Assembly (NCBI GenBank): GCA_028534125.1
Contig: CM052832.1
Span: 13,270,001-13,334,000 of the forward strand
Origin: Lama glama
Lineage: Eukaryota
DNA length: 64,000 bases
Direction of reading: 5' to 3'
Made by a program: the position numbers and the translations under genes. How positions within the stretch are numbered: position 1 is the first letter of the stretch; each line of letters begins with the position of its first letter. Under the pieces are notes generated by a model that saw only the letters and a list, made by a program, of their open reading frames with translations, had not been told where the DNA came from and ran no database searches. Below are positions 34,172-46,849 of this stretch, piece after piece.

Positions 34172-35659
34172 CTGAGGGTCTGAGTACTAGTCAGGACCAC
34201 AGCTGGCTGCCCAGGCATGCTCCCCAGGAAGCAGGCGGCTTAGAGAGGTAGTGAGACTCAGCCTAGGGGACAGAGGATCCAGACCAGACCCCACGTAGGA
34301 GGGAGGTGATGATGGAAAGGAAAGGTGGAAAGCCCTAGCTTGAAAAAGGAGGATGTGAAGAATTCTCAGTGGTGGCTACAGGAGCTGCCTGGGAAGGGAG
34401 AGGAAGTGCTGGGAACAATGTCACCATTTCTCAGAAAAGGTCTGGGGAGTCCCTAACAGGCTCAGTCAGCTTTCAGAATTCACCTCCACACAGGCTCCCA
34501 AGAAGTGAGACCCCAGAGAAGAGGCAGAACAGAGACATTGTATTATTGACCAGAAGTCCCACCTGCTTTTTTTTTTTTTAATGGAAGAATGAGATTGGGA
34601 TCTCCCTGCACATACCCCCCCCCTAAACTTCTGGGAGCTTTACCCAGCCAGTCTAAATTTCAGGACTGACCATACAGTGAACTAGAGAAATTTGTGACCT
34701 ATATGTGCCACACAAACACTTCCAGCCTCCCTAAGTTAGAAATTTCACCTTGCCAAAGCCTAAAATTTCACCATTAGAAATTCATTCCTTTGGCACTAAG
34801 TTTTGTTCTTCATTAAATAAGATCATACAGGTAAAATGCTTAGCATACTGCCTGGCACATAGAAATCAGTGGGGCAAATGAGTGCCTGAGTCCTGCAGAG
34901 GGTTCTGGGTGATACAACACAGTGTGAATGAGTTGATCAGATCATTTAGAGACAAGAAAGTGGTGAAAAATTGCTGTAATCACAGGCCACTTGAGGAGTG
35001 ACGGACTCTCTGTGACTTTGCACATATTATTCCCTCTTCCTGAGTGTTTCTGACCAATCTGCCCCATCTCTACTCTTGTCTCCACCTGTTGAACTCCTAC
35101 TGATCCTCCATAACCCAACCTATATGACCCCTGAGGATAACGCTTTCTCAGGGCCCTCTCTGGCCCCCAGAGCTCCTGGTAAGCAATCTACTCAACTCTA
35201 CTTTGCTGGCTTGTTTGGTGTATGTTCCTACTGCATCCCCTGAGCTGGAAACCTAGAGGGGATAATCCCATATTTTATTCATCTTTGTACCTTCAAGGCC
35301 TAGCAGCCTCAGCCAAAGCTCAGTAAATATTAATGGAAGGGCCATTTTTGGCCTGCACTCTGAGGTTAGACTTCAGTGCTGCTGCTTCTGAGCCTTCTCT
35401 TTTACTTATTCATTCATCTGTTTACTCATTTATTCATTAAAAAATAATATAATTAACACTTAGTGCTCAACCAAGAACTAGGGCATAACAAATCACTGAT
35501 ACCTTCCTGTGAGTTCCTCTCCTATGCTGGTGCCTTCTCCCCCTACCCCAAAGTAAATACCATCCTGAATTTTATGGTGGACTTTCCTTTGTTTTCAATA
35601 GTTTTATTACATGTGATCAAGGCAATAATAGTCTTTCATTTTTCTGTGTGCTTTTCTAC

Positions 35660-36245
35660 ATTTCTCAGCCTCTCCCTGCAGTTTAGACAGGGTCATGTGA
35701 CTAGTTCTAGCCACTGAAATGTGAACATAAGTAACACTTGTCTCTTTAGAGTTGAGGTCAAGTGAAATTTCCCATCCTTTCTGTCCTCCATGAGTGTGAC
35801 AATAGTGAGGTCTCATGTCCCAAACGGTGCCACCTCAATATGGCAGAGCCTCCAGCAGCCTGGGTTCCTGAGTGACTGTGGAGCCAAGCACCCCACCAAC
35901 TTGCATAAGATATGTATGTGAGAAAGAAACAATCCTTTGTTGTGTGAAGTCACTGAAATGTGAAGCTTATTTATTCCTGCAGTATAACCTACTTAAGATT
36001 TACCCATATGGCAGTGGGTGCTTGTGGTTTGTGGAAGTCTGCAGCACCCAATGAATCCACCTCTGAGTATTCACACTCTTTTATAGTTGCCTCCCCTTGA
36101 ATCTGTCTGGCTTATGACTCCTTTAGCCAATATAATGGTACAGAAGTAACCCTGTGCCTGTTCCAGGCTTAAGCCATAAGAAGGTCTAACAACTTCTGCT
36201 TCTGCATTCTTGGGGATCTTGAGATACCATGTGAGAAGTTTGATG
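35660..36245. mobile_element. MLT1 (MaLR) LTR fragments
   Basis: ggtcatgtgactagttctagccactgaaatgtga...gtgagaaagaaacaatcctttgttgtgtgaagtcactga, then cttatgactcctttagccaatataatgg. Confidence 0.7.
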
Positions 36246-36866
36246 GGCAAGCAATGGGTCTAGAAGGAGGCAGTGGGAGGGAGAACCCAGTGCTGGGGCA
36301 GCAGGGACTTGGGAGGGACTATAGGAAAGCCAGGGCGTGGGGGAGGGCCGTTCCAGAGAACCCACAGATCGTGTTTTCATTTTAATTATTTGCCATTTCT
36401 ACCCTGGGCCGTCTAAACTTTGCCCAGGTGATAAGAGTATGTGTGAAGTCCATTGCCCAGGTGGGCAGAAGAGCTAATGAAAGAATGGCCTTGCGCAAAA
36501 ATCATGTGGCCTGGACTATGCACAGTTAAACTAAAGCCATTTCCAACTTCACCGTGGCTCTTTTATCCACCAGCATAGCCTCATTCTGTACACAGATGCC
36601 ACCCAGAGAATGCCTTCGGTCCCTCTGCTTTGGGAGCACATTTTGGTCTTTATTCATTTCGTCATTATTGCTACAAAGTGTTTTTCTTCTTTCTCTTTGT
36701 TCTGAGGGCTCTATTTTTCTATCCAGAGCATTATTTTTTCTAACAGCAAAGCCTCCAGATCCTGCTATGTGTGTCTTCTGCTTCCAGAATCCTAACAAAT
36801 TTGGTCGATTTTCCACTAATTAGTATAAACCAGGATGTTGCTATACAGGGTAACTTATTTAAGTTC

Positions 36867-37045
36867 TTTTTTTTAATTGAAAAAATGTTTTTCTTTACTT
36901 TTTTTTTATTTTGGGGGGGAGGGAATCAAGCTTATTCATTCATTCATTCACTCATTTATTTATTTTTAATGGAGGTACTGGGTATTGAACCCAGGACCTC
37001 ATGCATGTGAAGCACACACTCTACGACTGAGCTGTACCCTCCCCC
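36867..37045 (-). mobile_element. tRNA-derived SINE (camelid Vic-1 type)
   Basis: Reverse complement ggggagggtacagctcagtcgtagag...gaggtcctgggttcaatacccagtacctcc has Pol III A/B boxes, then an A-rich tail; degraded target-site duplication (tatttaagttc / tatctgagttc). Confidence 0.8.
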
Positions 37046-37229
37046 GCTATCTGAGTTCATTTGTGCCAATCCATAAAGTAAAGATTTGCTACAAAGGTAA
37101 GCCTTTATTTTAATAAAACTATTATAATTGGGAGGAAGGGTGTGGGTAACAATCTCCTGTGAAAAGATAAATAAACCAAACTGAAAAGTCAGGGAGAAAA
37201 AAAGAAGAAGAAAAAGAAGTTTGATTACT

Positions 37230-37542
37230 CTGAGACAACTATGATTGAGAAGTCATATGGAGAGGCCACATGCAAGATAATGGAGGCTACCCTCCCCCCC
37301 AACAATAGCTCCAGCTGATCTAGCAGACAGTCAGCATCAACATGCCAGCCACGTGAATGGGACCATCTTAAAAGCTGATCTTTCATCCTAATTTCAGCCT
37401 CCTGAGTTAAAGCCACATGAAGCAGAGACAAGCCATCCCTAACGAGCCCCTGCCAAAACTGTAGAATTGTGAGTAGATAAATGATCGTGTTTGCCACTAT
37501 GTTTTAACATGGTTTGTTATGCAGCAATGCATAGTTAAAACA
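37230..37542 (+). mobile_element. MLT1 (MaLR) LTR fragment
   Basis: gagaggccacatg...cagcatcaacatgccagccacgtgaatgg...gcagagacaagccatccc...ggtttgttatgcagcaat. Confidence 0.75.
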
Positions 37543-40439
37543 GGGCTCAATCATTAGCATTATTTAACATCCAGTGATTCCCTTCTCCTGTCAATGGACA
37601 CTTGAGTTATTTCCAGTCTGTGTTATTATGCATGGGGCTGTTATGATTATTTTTATCCATGTCTTTGGGCACATGTGCAGTGGTTTCTCTTGAATATACA
37701 CTTTGGAGTAGAATTGCCCCCAGTCTTCCTGTCAGGAGAAAAGTGACTGATGAAGCACTCGCACCTGGTGTTTGGGCCTGTCTGTATCTTTCTGGATTAT
37801 TAAAACAAGTCTGCACATGTTTAGGATTATCATTGCTTTCATTTTTTGTGGAGGAATTAAAATGGATCCAAAGGAATGAAGCACTAATGGTGGAATTTCA
37901 GACACTGAACACCTAAGAACAGATATTTGGTGGCAAGGGGAACTGCCCACAGACACAGTCCTCTGAGCTGGCCTTAAAATCCCCAAGACATCCCTCTCCA
38001 CAGGTCCTTTAGCTCAGAACAGCCTTCTGAATGATCCCCCAAAATAGGAATTATGCATTCTTTCATTTTTTCCTTCCTAACAAATTATTTTTAAGCCCCT
38101 CCCAACAAAAAGCTCTAGCATACATCAAAGTTCTCAGGGTCTCGAGTTTGGATGCTCTGACCACATAGCAGTGTGGAGTCTTACAAAGTAATTTCAGGAT
38201 CTCGTGTCTATTATCTCACTCCTCACCATCCCCCCCTCCCATTCTGCCTCTCCATCTAGGACAGGTGTTTTAGATCCATATTATAAATGGGGAAACGGAG
38301 GCCCCAGGAGGTACTGGCTTTGGCTGAGATGACACAGGCAAAGAGTCAGGGCAGACCCAGGGCTCTGGCTGTGGCCTCACCTTCTCTGCTCCCCCTCCTA
38401 TCAGCTGTTTGTCCTCATCTTTGCTTCCCTAGGATGATGCTGTGTCACACATGGTCAAAATGCCACCAGAGCCACTGTGGAATGCAACAGCTGCAACCCC
38501 AATCCCCAAATACTGGTGGCCCCAAGTTCAGAGCTGGGGGAGATGATGCCTCCCTCTCCCCCACCCTCAGTGGTTTCTAATAATCCTGCACCTGCTGTGA
38601 GGATTGATTGCCGATGTCTCCTCTTGGGTACCGGCAAGCAGCTCAGTGCTGGATTTAGGAAGAAAAGTGGGGGTGTGGGTTAGGATGACACTAACCATTG
38701 TAATAAATAAACTCTCAAATTCTGATGACAACCAAAAAGAAGTTTATTTCTCACATATGAATACAATTGAGGTGTTCTTGTTGGCAAGAACATGGTTGAC
38801 CTCCATGTGATGATTCAGGGACTCAGGCTCTTTCCATCCTCTGGCTCCAACATCCCCTAGGGCATCAGGATCTCTGCTTTCAGCTGAAGGAAGGAGAAAG
38901 AATATGAAGAAGGTATATGTATTTCTTCATGCCTGGTTCAGAAGTGACACACATCATTTCCCACCCATATTCCATTGGTGAGAACTTGTCATGTGGTCCC
39001 ACTTAGATGCAAGGGTCTGTGTAATCCCTGGATAGGACACAGATTTGTGATGACGTGCTGGCCACCTCTGCTATAGCAGAAGAGCTAGGCAGCTAAGAAC
39101 CCCATCCTTTCCAGGCTCCCACAAGGTTTTTTTCCTGCTGAGTTTCTGGACCTGGCCACAAGAACAGTGCCACCTCTGCGCTGCATGACCTTGGACCTCA
39201 ATATCTTCATCTATAAGACAAAGACTTTCATATCCATGATTTTACAACCTCCCTGAGAAGTTGAAAAAAAAAAACAAAGTAGACATGAAGCTCCCCAGTT
39301 CCCAGAGGAGGAAACTAGGACACAAAGAGACAGTATGACTTGTCTAAAGTCACACAGCAGGACCCAATTTCCCCCTTCTGGTACACAGGTTTGTTTTGTT
39401 TTGTTTTGTTTTGTTTTGACTAGTCAACATCAAAGTCTGCTGAGAAGTCCCTGGACTGAAATGCAGGAAAATTCCCTACTCAGCAAACTCATCTGAAAAC
39501 CTCCTGGGGGCCTAGGAGGTTACTAAGAAAAGTTCTTTTATTGTCTGAAATGCAGCTATAGAGACACTGACAGGTTCTTGATGGGGGTGTGTGGGACCTA
39601 ACCTGGACCTCGTTGGGGGAGGGGATTGGTGGGGGTGAGACTTCAGGGAAGGCCCAATCCTCTTTATCCCTTTGCAGATGCCTGAGCTCCTCCACTAGAC
39701 CTTCCTCCTTCCAGCTCAAGGATTCTCAGCATAGGGAGTGGGAGGAAAGAAACATTTTGAAAAACGTTCAGGTCCTACAAGCACACGGACTCTCTCTGGA
39801 AGAAGACACAAAAAATAATGATAGTGGTTACCTCTGGGGAGAGTCGCCTCCTTCACGGCCACCATTAGCACCATGCAAGTGTATGGGGACAGCACCCCTG
39901 GAGTTGTGTTATGTAGTACGTGGGGTGAAAGGTAGGCTTATTCCTGAATATATTTTTAATAGTTAATCCATTTAAGATAATTAACACAATTAAAAACATG
40001 TTACAATTTCTGGCCCTATCTAGACTGAATTAAAATTGTGTGAGGGTCAACTAGCTACAAAAGTATGCAGGTGTTTTGAAAAATCTCCCCAGTGACTGAA
40101 ACCTCCCCCGCCTCCAGCCTCACAGCTTTGGGAAGGAACCCTGATTTAGTCTACCCATGTGCAGGGCCCCCTTTCTCACCTCTAGATGTTCTCAGCAGAC
40201 CCTCTTATTCTGGTGAGAATGAGAGAACTAGGAATATATTCTGTCACCAAGAGGAGATGGGGAAAGAGAGGACGGAGCAGGGATTTGGGGCAGGTGGGGT
40301 GGGAGCTCAAGGCTAAGTGAGCAGAAGGCCAGCGTCTCTCCTGGGCAGTCATCTCTCCTGGGCAGTCTGGTCCCTCACACCCCTGCAGCTCTGAACCACT
40401 CCTCCCACTCCCCTCCCCTTCCCGGCCCCAGTGTATCGC

Positions 40440-40680
40440 ATCAGCATCTTTGGCCGGCAAAGCTCAGGCTCGGCCTTGCCCGGGCTTGCCTTTTGTTGCA
40501 TCACCCTCTGGCCTTGCCGGGTGCCAGGGGAGCAAGCCGCCCACTCACCACTGGATAAAACCAGCTAATTATATCACCAGGAGACCCAAGGCAGGAGCAT
40601 GTAGGCATTTTCAGCTGACCCAGCCTGTTTCTACTTGCTTTGCATGATTGTTCTTGGTTTTTCAAAATAATAATAACTAC
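40440..40680 (+). ncRNA. Putative ortholog of the lincRNA-p21 (TP53COR1) 5' region, transcribed away from CDKN1A; boundaries uncertain
   Basis: p53 element plus a downstream block (ccgcccactc) similar to recalled human sequence; syntenic position upstream of CDKN1A. Transcription itself cannot be seen from sequence. Confidence 0.55.
40472..40491 (+). promoter_or_regulatory. Distal p53 response element GGCCTTGCCC GGGCTTGCCT (lincRNA-p21 promoter/enhancer ortholog)
   Basis: Two abutting RRRCWWGYYY half-sites with one mismatch; resembles the human lincRNA-p21 5' sequence TGGCCTTGCCCGGGCTTGTC as recalled. Confidence 0.85.
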
Positions 40681-40978
40681 CAACCAGGAAAAAAAATTGC
40701 CTGGGGCTGTGGAGCAAGCAGCTGAAACAAGAGCCAGGGTCCACCTGCTGCTCCAGGAAGAGACTGACCCAGCACTCAGCTCAGAAAATGAAAAACAAGT
40801 CTCTTGACTCCCAAATCAGGGCTCGACGGACAACTAGCTCTGAGGACAGGAATCAGCAGAATCAGAAAGACAAACATGGCTTTGACAGCATCAGTAGCAA
40901 CAGCACAGTAACTTATTTTTTCAAAAATTAAAAAAATTCTATTTGTAGTTTAATCAAAAGTGTAGAGAGTTTGTTTTT

Positions 40979-41192
40979 GTTTTTTTTTAACTGAAGTACA
41001 GTCAGTTACAATGTGTCAATTTCTGGTGTACAGCACAATGTCCCAGTCATGCATATATATACATATATTCCTTTTCATATTCTTTTTCATTAAAGGTTAT
41101 TATGAAATATTGAACATATTACCCTGAGCAATTCAGAAGAAACTTTTTTCAAATCTATTTTTATATATAGTGGCTAACATTTGTAAATCTCA
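40979..41192 (-). mobile_element. Young 5'-truncated L1 3' end with target-site duplication
   Basis: Poly-T, then aactgaagtacagtcagttacaatgtgtcaatttctggtgtacagc; TSD agagagttt(t)gttttt at 40964 and 41193. Confidence 0.8.
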
Positions 41193-41373
41193 AGAGAGTT
41201 TTGTTTTTCCATAATTTCCTGTATTTATTTTTTGAGGAGATAATATAGTCAAAAGATGCAAAATGATATGCAGCAAAAACTCCCTCCTATCCCTGCCCTC
41301 CAGCCACCCATTTCCTTCCCAGAGGCTGTGGCTGGTTGCTTATGTCTCCTGATTGAGTTGGTCTATGAATACC

Positions 41374-41760
41374 CAGGTCCACAGTCCTTCACCCAAAACA
41401 TTTGGGGACAAATGGGTTTCAGAATGCAGACCTTTACAGATTTTAGACAAGTAATGAAGTAAATATACCATGCATTTTGTAACACCTTCCCTCCCCCCAT
41501 CCAGGATTTTAACATTGTCAATTCCAAGTCTAAGGAACCCCTCGGTCACAGGCAAAGAGTTCCATGGGTCACTCTAGGTCTCAGGTATAAGGTATTCACA
41601 GGTATTCACACTAACAGGGGTAAATAACAGCTACAAATGGCTTCACATCCTTTCAGCTCTGGTTTTACTACCAAATAAATTTGTCACAAACCAAAGAAAA
41701 ATCTTTCAGTTTTTAGAGTTTTTTGGATTTTGGAATTGTGGATGAGAGACTGGATCTGTA
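41374..41760. mobile_element. TcMar-Tigger-type MITE
   Basis: Imperfect terminal inverted repeats caggtccacagtcc ... gagactggatctgta. Confidence 0.55.
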
Positions 41761-42211
41761 AGCAAATATGCATATATTCTTTTCACCTATCTAAAACACA
41801 GTATTGGGATCCTTGCTTTTATTCACTCAACTTATCTTAGAGCTGTCCCACATCAGTATAGAGAAAGCCTCCTGTTCCTTTGTACTGCTACAGTTAACTC
41901 CATCACATAGGTGGACCACTTTAGGCTGTCCCCATCCAGGCTTTTGCTATTACAAACACACATAAGTTTAGATGTAGCTAACTACATGGGGGTGGGGGTG
42001 GCAGTCCCAGAGGAGGAGTCATATTTTCCTTCCTAATGTTTATTTGTGACTGCAGGTTTAAGTCCAAGCCGACTCAGAAGTTGAGGGAAATACAAGAAGA
42101 CTTGCTGAGGTCTCCAGGATGCCTTGCACCTGTCCAACCACTTAAATCAAGAAAAGTCATTCACATTGAGAATGGTTTTTTCAAGCCAGAAACAACTTAC
42201 ATTCAGACCTA

Positions 42212-42725
42212 TCATATTAAGTTCTTCCAGAGAAACAGAACCAATAGGAAATACATATTTATATACATGTATATATATTATATATATGTGTATATATATA
42301 ATATATATATATATAGAGAGAGAGAGACATAGATGGATAGATATAGAGAAACAGAGAGAGAGACTGAGAGACAAATTTACTGTAAGGAATTAGCTCATGT
42401 GATTATGGAGGCAAGCCCATAATCCATAGGACAGGCTGACAGAATGGCATTTCAGCAGGAATTGGTGTTGCAGTCTTGAGTCTGAAGGCAATCTAGAGGC
42501 AGAATCCTTCTTCTTGGGGTGGGGAGAAGTTGGACCTCAGTCTTTTGTCTTAGGCCTTCAGCTGACTGGATGCAGCCCAACCACATTATGTTGGGTAATC
42601 AGCTTTACTCAAAGTCTACTCACTTAAATGTTAATAACATCTGAAAAATACCTTCACAGCAATATCTAGACTGGTGCTTGACCAAATAACTGGGTACCAA
42701 GTTGACACAAAATTAAACATCACAC
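42212..42725 (-). mobile_element. MLT2 (ERVL) LTR containing a (TA)n/(GA)n microsatellite at ~42255-42370
   Basis: ttcttccagagaaacagaaccaatagga...aggaattagctcatgtgattatggagg...aagttgacacaaaattaaacatcaca. Confidence 0.85.
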
Positions 42726-45700
42726 CTATTTAACATCCCAACTCTTTAGCTTTGAGTGTTTGTCACGGATGGGATATGAAAGTCCTCACCCTCCCAGAGC
42801 CAAAAGTTGCAGAAAAGATATAGCTGAGGTACATAAAACATCACAAAGAGTATGAAGAAGTGTCTTGTATGAGATAAATTGGAAGTTTCTGAGAACAGCC
42901 TGGAAAAGTCCCCTCAAATATAGTCCAGAAAGCCAGGGAGACACTGGGAGTTGATGCCTAACTTTGAGAAAAACAGGCTTCTTCTCTTGTCAATTTCACT
43001 CCTTTTTCAATAAAAACATAAATCCTTAACAAAGTGGACCAGCAGAGCAGCATTAATAAAGCCTAAATGTAAGAAGAACACAAGCTCTCAGTAAAGAACA
43101 CAGGTATAACAGGGCTCGTTTCTCCCTGATCTGTGACCGTTCATCCATTTCAGTTTCTGGTTAAATCTCCAGTTGTAAAACATTTTCCCAGTTGGACTTG
43201 TAGTCATGTTTCTAAGCTGCCACCCACCCTGGGATTTCAGAGGCTTCTTGTTTCACATAGTTTCAAAAGGCCTTCCAGCTTCTCCTGTCTGCCAAGGGCT
43301 TGATCCACCCAAAGACAAAGCCATTTTCCTGCTGGTTTTCCTTGAGAACAAAACAGATCCAGAGTATATACATTCATTCATTCATTCATTCATTCATTCA
43401 TGATATTACCAGCCCAAATGGTGACAGGTTGAGGCTATGGCTACAAGAGGAGATATGAAATACTATGCACCAATAACAAAGGAAAACAGGCTTAGATAGG
43501 CAAAAATGCTACCCAGATTGGTCTCCATGATCAGGCCCAGTTAAAGAAACAGGTGGGATTTCAACAGAGGCCTTGGAAGTCTGAATTAGGAATCCCCTTT
43601 CTAAAACTAAGGGAGGGTCTAGGTAGGGATTAAGTTTATGCAATGATGGAAGTCCTCTATAAGAAAAAGAAGATACAATTATAAATATAATATTGCCAGG
43701 GAACTTCCCATGCAAATAAGAGTCCTGGAAGCCTGCCTTCATTAGCTCATCATAAATCCACCATGTGTATGGCTAAACAAGGATCAGGGTGTATGTGCAA
43801 GGAGTGGTTCCTGGGGCCATAGTTTTAAATTTTCAAGGACCAGAATAACTTGAGTGGGAGGACAACACAGGAGAGGCAAGAGAGAGTGGATGGGGCCATC
43901 CTGTAATACCCAGATCAGACCATCTCATGTATCCTGGACCTCTCTGCTGGCTCTGCACAGGGTGCTCTGATGGATGGTGCCCTAATCCATGCCTCTCCCA
44001 ATATAACAGTAATGATGATGATAATAATAGGAATAGTGAGCATTAGTATTACAGCAGCTCACACTCACTGTGCACTTCCCATGTACCAGGCACTAAGTAC
44101 TTTGTCCTTAGTCACTTGGTGAGTTTTCATAACAACTCTATGAATGAGACACCATTACTTTCATCCCCATTTTAAAGATAGGAAACTGAAGTAGAGACAG
44201 AGATTAAATCATTTGCCCAAGCCAGGCAGGGACAGAACAAGGATTTGAACCCAGACAGGATGGCTCCAGAGGTAAAGCTCTTAACCACTAATAACAATAA
44301 CAGCTAATAGTTAGGTCCTGATTACCCTGTGCCAGCTGCTCTTCTAAATGTGCACATGTATCAGCTCAACTAATCCTTACAGGTACTATTAGTATCCCCA
44401 TTTTACAGATGAGGCAACCAAAACACAGAAAGGTCAAGCCACTTTCCCGGGTCACAGAGGGACTTGAACCCAGGAGTCTGGTTCCAGCAACCACATTCTT
44501 GTGTACTGAACTGTGCCCCTGTGTCATGACTGGGTTTAAGGATAATCTGAGAACCGTGACCATAGTTTACATTTCTCTACATCACGTGTGGTGCCAACAT
44601 TGTAGAATTTAAGAAGCACTCAATAAACAGCCAATGAATCTTTCTCTAAACTAACCCCTCCTGATACGTACAAAAGTCATATTTCAAGTTCATGTAGAAA
44701 ATCTGGAAAATACGGAAAGGCTGCAAGGAGAAATGCAAGTCATCCTCCCTACAGCAGAGATAACCACAGCTAACATTTTGGTGTCTTTCCAGTCAGTGTT
44801 GCAAAATAAGGATCACACTCTATGCCCTGTTTTGTAACCTCCTTTTTTTCTCGCTTATCAATACATCACAAACATTTTCCCATGTCTTTAGATTTTCTTC
44901 TGCAATTTCCACAGAGAAATAATTTGTCAATGTTCAAGTGGCCTGCTCAGGGTGCCGACATCAATGAACCAGTGTCTCCCACAAACATCTCCCTCCCTAG
45001 GGGGCTCCTCATAAATAGCCCTCTCCCATCAACATCTCCACCTCCCCTATGCCCACCCTAGACACTAGACCCTTTTCTACTTCCTGGCATCCCATGGCAT
45101 TCCCTTTGCCTTCTTACTTAGATGCAAGGTATCCTCCACCCCTGCCAAGGGTGTGTCCCCATCCTTTTCAACATCTCATACCTCTGTTATCCTGTTTTCC
45201 CCTCTCCAAGTCACTCTGTACCCTTCTCACACTCTCCCTCAGACACAGTCAGACTTCGCCATCGTGTGCCCCATTCCCACAGGTCTTGCTAGAGACAATC
45301 GAATCCCATCAGCAAACTGGCATTAGGCAACATCTCTTGCAATGCACTGAATGACAGGTGCTGGAGGCTGCAGCGTGGGAGTCTCTCCCAGGAATACAGA
45401 TGTATTTTGAGCAGAGGCCATCAAGGTACAATGCCTTTACCTAAAAGGGGACACTCCTAGTGTGATTTCAATCTACCAGACAAGGCCTGTGGGAGCTATT
45501 TTGGTGCAAGGATCCCTTTTGATGTACCTTAAACCCCATCAGGGAGGCAGAGGCCTAATCTGCCCTGAGGGCAGGGCAGCCTGGGCGCCTTGCCCTAACA
45601 GGACAGAATGAAAGGCTTTTGAAGGTGGTGTCTCAAGACAGGTGGTTCCTGATTCTAGCCACTGTGTCTCAGCCAGGATGGGGGAAGGCGGGGTGCTGTG

Positions 45701-46849
45701 CAGACAGCTGGCAGGACTGGGAAGGTCTGGGTGGGGTGAACAGGAAGATGGGATTTCTTCCAGACTTGCTCTGCCTGACTTGTGCTGTGTGACCTCAAGC
45801 AAGTGCCTGTGCTTTTTGGCATCATTATCATAATAGCACCTACACTACATACCTCACTGGTTTTTGTAATGATCAAAGGAAATATGTTCAGTAAAAGTGC
45901 TTTGCCAAGGGTAAAACCCCTAAGTTAGGTGTGGTTAGGCCTCTCTCCTTCTTTCCATTTTTTGGAAGGTGCTGATAGCAACTTTGTTTTTAGGGCATTT
46001 CCTCCTTAGCTGCATTCCTTCTATAGACAAGGGGTGGGGGTGGATGGGAGCCATGCCCGAGTCACCTTAGCTCAGGGCCCCTGTGGCCCCCTATCTCTTT
46101 GTCCCCAGAGCAGCTCAGATTTTAGCACTGGTATTAATTGAGGGTCCAGTACTGATTCATTTGAACAATGTGTAGGGTGACTATCATCCTGGATTCCCCG
46201 GATTGAGGTATTTCCTAGGACTTAGGACTTTCAGTGATAAAATCAGACTAGGCCCTGGCACATGGATACAGATGTATCTAGGGGTTGGGTGGATCAAGTG
46301 TGGGTGTGATTTTTTGTCTGATGTAGTGTATATAAATGTCCAGCCTGCTGAGGTGTGGTTACATGTCATTATTCATGCTTGTGCACAGTGGAGTGGAGTG
46401 TGGATATTTTGGTACATTGGGGTTTTGTGTGTTGGGTGTATGTTGCTGAGTGTGTGATGATGTGATGTGGGCATGTGTTTGTAAGGGGCATTCATTATGC
46501 ACAGGACTTGTGTAGTGTGTCGTATTATGATGTGTTATGGGTAACATGTAGGCCGATTGTGTGCAATGAATGTATGTCCTTTTCAATGGGGGTTTAATGG
46601 GGGTATATTTGGTGTCTGGTGTAGTGTGGAATGTATGTATGTCATTTGGGTGAGGGGGGACAATACCTTGTAGTGTGTGTGTGTGAAATCTAACTCCGTC
46701 TGGGGGTGTGAATGACTCGTAGTTTTCTGGCAAAATATGTCATGTTTGTAGTGTGCACATGTATAAGTGGTGCACTGTGTATTGCCTGTTCTATGTTTGA
46801 TGTACCATGGAATATACGCATCTATGTCTTTGGGAAGCAGAGGGAAGGC

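Noticed and set aside
36960..37045. tRNA-like sequence (also at 60245-60320)
   Set aside because: These are SINE heads with A-rich tails and target-site duplications, not tRNA genes.
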